A stretch of DNA of 40,746 bases from Octopus bimaculoides (taxonomy: Eukaryota). Location of the stretch: NCBI RefSeq assembly GCF_001194135.2, contig NC_068984.1, positions 132,981,327 to 133,022,072 of the forward strand. The letters are read 5' to 3'. Both the position numbers and the translations under genes were made by a program. The notes below the pieces were generated by a model that saw only the letters and a program-made list of their open reading frames with translations, was not told where the DNA came from and ran no database searches. Of this stretch, positions 35,116 through 40,746 are shown one piece after another. Position 1 is the first letter of the stretch, and every line of letters starts with the position of its first letter.

Positions 35116-35238
35116 GCATGCATTCATACATACATACATACATACATACATACATACAGACAGACAGACAGACAGACATGCATACAGACAGATAGACATG
35201 CACACAGACAGACAGACATGCACACAGACAGATAGACA
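35116..35238. repeat. Compound tetranucleotide microsatellite (CATA)n/(CAGA)n/(TAGA)
   Basis: Direct reading of the sequence. Confidence 0.9.
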
Positions 35239-35393
35239 GGTGCAGGTATGCAGTGTGGTATGAAACTTGCTTTCTAATTGCATGATTTGGGGTTCAGTCC
35301 CACTGCATGGTACCTTGGGCAAGTGTCTTCTTCACTAGCCTTAGGCCAGCCGAAGCCTTGTGAGTGAATTTGGTAGATGGAGGCTGAAAGAAC

Positions 35394-35444
<51 letters not shown>

Positions 35445-35648
35445 ACCCACCACAACCACTTGACAACCAGTGCGAGTGTGTTTACATCTCCATAACCTAG
35501 TGGTTTGACAAAAAGAGACCGATAAAATAAGTACCTGGCTTTAAAAACAGAAGTACTGAACCCGATATATTCAACTAAAAAATTTTCAAGGTGGTCCCCA
35601 GCATGGCCGCTGCCCAATGACTGAAATAAGTATAAGATAAAAGATAAA
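35239..35648 (+). mobile_element. SINE family A, full length with central (GT)n
   Basis: Head with B box ggggttcagtccc, ccttgggcaagtgtc domain, (GT)n, tail ccagcatggccgctgcccaatgactgaaataag and (AAGAT)n-like end. Confidence 0.9.
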
Positions 35649-36167
35649 TACAGAAAATATATTTGGTATTCTATGTTTTATAAAACATAGAGTCTTGTCA
35701 GTAAATTAACCATTGAGATTACATAATTGCTTGTTGATATATTATAGAAGCTTGTTAATTCTCTTTCTCAATGGTTAGTAATTTTGCTAAACTCTGAGGA
35801 GGTAAATTAATAAGTTGTACAGTAAGAATGAAGCTTCTTTTTCTTTGTGGAGGTTCAATCAGACATCTTGAAGCTAGCAAAGTTGTGTGTCTCACTCTTT
35901 ACCAAGCAAATGGTAAAGAGCAAACTTCAGTCATCAGATCTTATTTAAAGTTTGTTTATAGTTGCAGGAAACATTGCAGCTTGTTTAATTAAGTTGACAG
36001 AATTTCAACCTTCTCAACTAAAAGGTCAACAGTTTGTATCTTGTCAGCACTTCACGATGTCATTGGCTAAGATTCTTTACTTAATTCAACCAGCAGTAAA
36101 TAAGTAGTATGAAGTATACTTGTCCATTGCTATAAACAGTAAAAAGATTGTTTAATTTTCACGTATA

Positions 36168-36355
36168 GGCACAGGAGTGGCTGTGTGGTAAGTAGCTTGC
36201 TTACCAACCACATGGTTCCAGGTTCAGTCCCAATGCATGGGACCTTGGGCAAGTGTCTTCTACTATAGCCTCGGGCTGATCGAAGCCTTGTGAGTGGATT
36301 TGGTAGACGGAAACTGAAAGAAGCCCATCGTATATATATATATATATATATATAC
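36168..36355 (+). mobile_element. SINE family A, 5' half ending in (TA)n
   Basis: ggcacaggagtggctgtgtggtaag...ggaaactgaaagaagcccatcg(ta)n. Confidence 0.92.
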
Positions 36356-36418
36356 ACACTTGGCCATGTAACATCTTAGCTCGTAAGTTACTTCATCATT
36401 TCGCATTTGTCTTGCTTT

Positions 36419-36509
36419 TATATGTTGATTCCCTGAAGATGAATATATGTGGAATTCCAGCAGCTCTTACTTCTTTGAAGAAGAGCTCACATATATTTTG
36501 AAACATGTG
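36419..36509 (+). ncRNA. Hammerhead ribozyme-like motif (type I arrangement) with extended stem II; likely Penelope-like element or retrozyme remnant
   Basis: CTGAAGA (36433-36439) and GAAAC (36500-36504) cores; stem II GAATATATGTG (36441-36451) / CACATATATTT (36488-36498); stem III tATATGT (36419-36425) / ACATGTG (36503-36509); GUU at the cleavage triplet (36424-36426). The stem I segment GATTCC pairs poorly. Confidence 0.65.
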
Positions 36510-37156
36510 TAGGAATTAAAGGAACTTTTATTTAGATAGATGGAAGAGCATTGTAGAAAATGAAGGAGAGTATATTATAGATTAAAAAAGAACTTTGTTT
36601 ATCTCAATTTTGAAAAATAAAATAAGTATAAAAAAACCACATTATTTATGGGATGACCCAATATCTTTCCTATTTTTCTTTCTTTTTCTTTCTTTGTTCC
36701 TCTTTTTCCATTTATTTTTCTTGTGGTTTTGCATTTTATATGTAACATAAAATATTTGCTGTGAAACAAAAACCAACAAGCAAAATAAACCAGAATGTAA
36801 TATGACAAGTCACTAGCATCACTGATTGCAATATTGAAAGTGGATGATGGATGTAGTCAGTTTAATGGACTGATGCTTATTTTGGAATAAAAGCAAAGTT
36901 GATGTGAGAAAGGTTTGAATTCAGGACATCAATGGGTGTTATGAAATACAAAATATTTTGTTTGGTACTGCTAACAATAACTAACCAGAGGAGTAATACA
37001 CAAACATTTTCCCAGCATTGCCCACATTGTAGTGCACCTGAGAACTGTATGCAATAAGTTCATTATTATATAATTTTATTATATTGTTCGTGGCCCGCCC
37101 AATGGTGACTAAATAAAACCAACAATCAATGTTCAAGCATGAATTAATTTAAACTA

Positions 37157-37468
37157 CAGGATGTCCACAAAGTCTGTGGACATAGAGTAAATAAAATCAT
37201 AACATAAACAATAAAGGCGGCAAGCCGGCAGAATCGTTAGCACGCTGGATGAAGTGCTTAGCGGTATTTCGCCCGTCGTTACGTTCTGAGTTCAAATTCC
37301 TCCGAGGTCGACTTTGCCTTTCATCCTTTCACGGTGGTGCATCAGCATGGCCGCAGCTCTAAGCTGAAACTTTAAAAAAAAAATAAAAAAAAAAAATTAA
37401 ATATAAGAAATAATAATTTATTAAAGTATCTATTAATCCCCATGTACCCAGACTTTGTGGACACCCTG
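37157..37468. mobile_element. Tc1/mariner-type MITE with TA TSD, interrupted by a SINE
   Basis: TA|CAGGATGTCCACAAAGTCTG ... CAGACTTTGTGGACACCCTG|TA. Confidence 0.9.
37216..37396 (+). mobile_element. Chimeric SINE: family B head fused to a family A-type 3' tail plus poly(A), inserted in the MITE
   Basis: ggcggcaagccggcagaatcgttagc...gcctttcatcctttc | acggtggtgcatcagcatggccgcagc...gctgaaac + A-rich tail. Confidence 0.8.
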
Positions 37469-39897
37469 TATAACATGAAGTAAAACAAACTAACGCTACA
37501 AATGATATATATACACAGGTTCGATAGTTTCCTTATTCCTGATGTCTTGCCCTCAGGACATCATCAGTAATTTGGTTAAAAATACAGAATCGCCGTAAGC
37601 CAATAAAAATTTTGTGTGGCTCACTTCAAAGCTATATATTGTGCCTTACTGTTCCAGAGAAGGCCGTGGTAAAAAAAAATCATATATATATTATATCAGG
37701 GGAGGTAATTATGGTGCAACTGAACTAAGTGGGTGTCATCGTATTTAACGCATGAACAACCAAAATATACAAGAAAACCACAATATTAGTTAATGACTAA
37801 TTTTTATCTATTTCTAATAACTATGAGAAAAAACTCCAGTCATGTTTCCCACGTATTTTGGTATCATCAACTATGTATAATACTTCAAACTTCTGACGTG
37901 GTTTGGAACAAATCAGTAAATATATAGAAATGTAGACTTATGTGTTGAGAAATCAAATAATTCAGATTCATCATCTGCATTATACAAAAATAGCTAAGCA
38001 CCTGCCAGTATATTTTAATTATTGATCATTAAAAGACTGAAATAGAGAAAAATATGCCGTGAGGATAAATTATCAAAACTCATTCTTATTAGAGTAAAAT
38101 CATGGACTACATGACATTGTTGTAGTTATTCTGATAGAGAAACTATTGATGGAATCCAGTAATGAATAATACAGTGTGGATATGTTTGATTAGTTAATTT
38201 GGTCTTTTGCAATCTATATGCAGGTTTTCTTCGAATTTTGTTCTGTATTTGCAGCTATGAACAGTTGCTTAACTTATCTACATAGCTGGTTTAGAAGGGA
38301 TATATAAAACATTGCCTACCTCACTTATCAAGTAGTACTTTGAGTAAGTGTGAGCAACACTTAGGAAGTTTTGATGCTCAAGTTTTATTCAAATGATTCT
38401 AACAAATATCACATGAAATGGCTTTAGTTGAGAAACAAGCAAAACTTACGCTACAAGCTTGGCTTGTTGAATTGAATGCTCATTACCATTGTATGGTAAT
38501 TGTTACATAAACACACATGCACATACACACATTCCCTCTTTCTAATTCTTGATCTTGTAATGGTCACTCAATAAGGACCTATATATTCTTTACAACAACA
38601 AAGATTGGACATTTAGGACATGGCTCACATTAAAATGGTTTCAAACTTTAGCAGAAGACCTAGTGATTTTAGGGAGAGGGGGATTGTTAATTACATTAAA
38701 AAGTGAAAAGGTACATTGGATAATGTTACCCTGGATATAATGTAAGTAAAAAACAAAGACAAGATGATTACAGCTGGAACGTTTTTACTCATAGGTCTAT
38801 TCAAACAGAACCTCCCTGAATCTGTACAACATGCTACAGCTTTTGTCTGTTAGAATCATATCTTGAATTAGGATTTATTTATTTATGTATATTGAAGATG
38901 TAATATATATATTTCATGTTGGATGGTAACTAAGTTGGTTGAGTCAGATTTGAAGAATAACAGGTTCTTGCAACACACTTATGCTCTTAGGAATTTGGAT
39001 GTTCCATCTGTTCAGGCCTTTGTTGCAGCATTTCCTTTTTCCTGCATATGTTTTCTCCATTGAAGGCTTTGACACACAGCAACGAAACTACGAGTCCAAC
39101 ACTGGGGTCGATGTAATCAACTAGCTTTAAGCATATAGTAGAAAGAATTATACATTGTATCTCCTGCATACAGTAAAATATTTTACTTCTTTCTATGTAC
39201 ATATAGGACTCGTTAAAGCTACAGTCTTTTTTTTTTTTTTTTTTTTTTCATTACCTCTTTTGTAATGTCTAAAAACACGAGATTGTAGGACGAATTAGTC
39301 TGATAAGGGTGCTAATGTTTAGGTTAAAGTTTTTAAAATTCTTAGTTTAAGTAGAGAAAGCATCTGCAAGGGAGAGAACTCTGCATTATTAATCGGGAAT
39401 CCAATTCTACTAAAATTGACACGAAGAAAAAGTAATCCTTCAGAGAAATAAGTATCATCATTGTAATCATCTTCTTCTTATTGTGGTGGTCGCCTGAATG
39501 GAAGTTCGATGTTGCAATCTGAATTAAAGTGGATGAATGGTTTCTATTAAAATTTGAAACTTAGCTGATTGTGCCTCAGGTAATTTTGGTAGAACAATTT
39601 GCATTTCAATTGGAAATGTTTTCATGTTGAAAATACTGCTTTGTTAGAGCTTAAACATCTTCTTCCACAATGTTATCATTATAAAAAGTATGTACAAATA
39701 GAACTATCCAATAGTACAAGAGAAAAATGGTTGAAAAGCTGATGTTGCATGTCATCAAGTCTATTAATTTCATTGGGTGTGCTAAAGGAGAAGATGCAAT
39801 TATATCCACAATTCTATTTATACTCATAGATGTACCCTTTCTATTTAGAAAACTTCAGTTTCTAGAATATCTAAGCTTTGTCATGTCAAGCAGTAGA

Positions 39898-40244
39898 GGC
39901 GCAATGGCCCATTGGTTAGGGCAGCAGACTCACGGTCGTAGGATCGCGGTTTCGATTCCCAGACCGGGTGTTGTGAGTGCTTATTGAGCGAAAACACCTA
40001 AAGCTCCACGAGGCTCCGGTAGGGGATGGTGGCGAACCCTGCTGTGCTCTTTCACCACAAATTTCTCTCACTCTTTCTTCCTGTCAGCCTTGTCACACTG
40101 TGTCACGCTGAATCTCCTCAAGAACTACATTAAGGGTACACGTGTCTGTGGAGTGCTCAGCCACTTGCACGTTAATTTCACGAGCAGGCTGATCCGTTGA
40201 TCGGATCAACTGGAACCCTCATCGTCGTAACCGACAGAGTGCCA
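39898..40244 (+). mobile_element. SINE family D, full length, tRNA-derived, with 15-bp TSD
   Basis: A box tggcccattgg, B box ggtttcgattcc; 3' stem-loops gatccg-ttgat-cggatc and gtcg-taac-cgac; TSD atgtcaagcagtaga (39883-39897) / atgtcaagcaataaa (40251-40265). Confidence 0.92.
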
Positions 40245-40527
40245 ATAAATATGTCAAGCAATAAATACCAAGGGCAAATGCCAAGAGTTGCAAGACTGCA
40301 TTTTGAGGAATACTTCTTTGTTAATGGTTGATTTTATACATATGCTCAATTGTTGTGGGTCTCCATAATCCCTATATTTATAGCCTTGTAGCTAAAACCA
40401 AAATCATTAAGTACCCTAAGGTTACCTCCTTCAATTACGAAAATTGTTTAACCCTCAATAAAATACAATGAAAAGAAAATGTAAAAATTAATAAACATAA
40501 AAAGGGAAAAGATGGAACATCTTATTG

Positions 40528-40746
40528 AATCTGATAATATTTTTATAACAAATCATACAAAACTGAAAAAATTAATAAACATGAAAACAAAAAGAATTAA
40601 TAAACATGAAAGCTGAAAAAATTAAACACGTTATTAAATCTGATAACATTTTTATAACAAATCATACAAAACTGAAAAAATTAATAAACATGAAAACAAA
40701 AAGAATTAATAAACATGAAAGCTGAAAAAATTAAACACGTTATTAA
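40528..40746. repeat. 109-bp AT-rich minisatellite, two near-identical copies, reaching the window end
   Basis: Units start at 40528 and 40637 (aatctgataa...ttaaacacgttatta), with internal subrepeats aattaataaacatgaaa. Confidence 0.92.

Noticed and set aside
37515-37570. Minus-strand CTGATGA...GAAAC hammerhead candidate
   Set aside because: Stem II does not close next to GAAA and no stem III partner exists upstream.
38265-38343. Plus-strand exon with good AG and GTAAGT sites as a coding exon
   Set aside because: Stops in all three frames; could only be untranslated and has no other support.
39898-39970. tRNA gene
   Set aside because: A and B boxes are present but continue into a 270-bp SINE body with a TSD; tRNA-derived head, not a tRNA.

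Overview
AT-rich, repeat-dense animal genomic DNA with four N gaps (6417-6530, 22610-23430, 25645-26073, 34059-34431). The SINE families and microsatellite load point to a cephalopod, probably Octopus (inference from recalled repeat sequences, not a search). The only securely identifiable protein-coding gene is an intronless, motif-diverged saccharopine dehydrogenase-like oxidoreductase (SCCPDH family) at 18877-20172 (-). It sits in a SINE-poor, CpG-retaining block (about 16.2-22.6 kb) flanked by CpG-depleted DNA that may be intronic. The rest is mobile-element debris: about five tRNA-derived or related SINE families (labelled A-E here), a Tc1 remnant, three tandem R4/Dong-type and two CRE-type restriction-like-endonuclease retrotransposon fragments, an RTE fragment, a probable solo LTR, several MITEs and a 109-bp minisatellite. 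The most notable unannotated structure is a hammerhead-ribozyme-like motif with an unusually extended stem II at 36419-36509 (+), probably derived from a Penelope-like element or retrozyme. A pre-miRNA-sized hairpin lies at 12340-12391. Most short ORFs in the supplied track are spurious.
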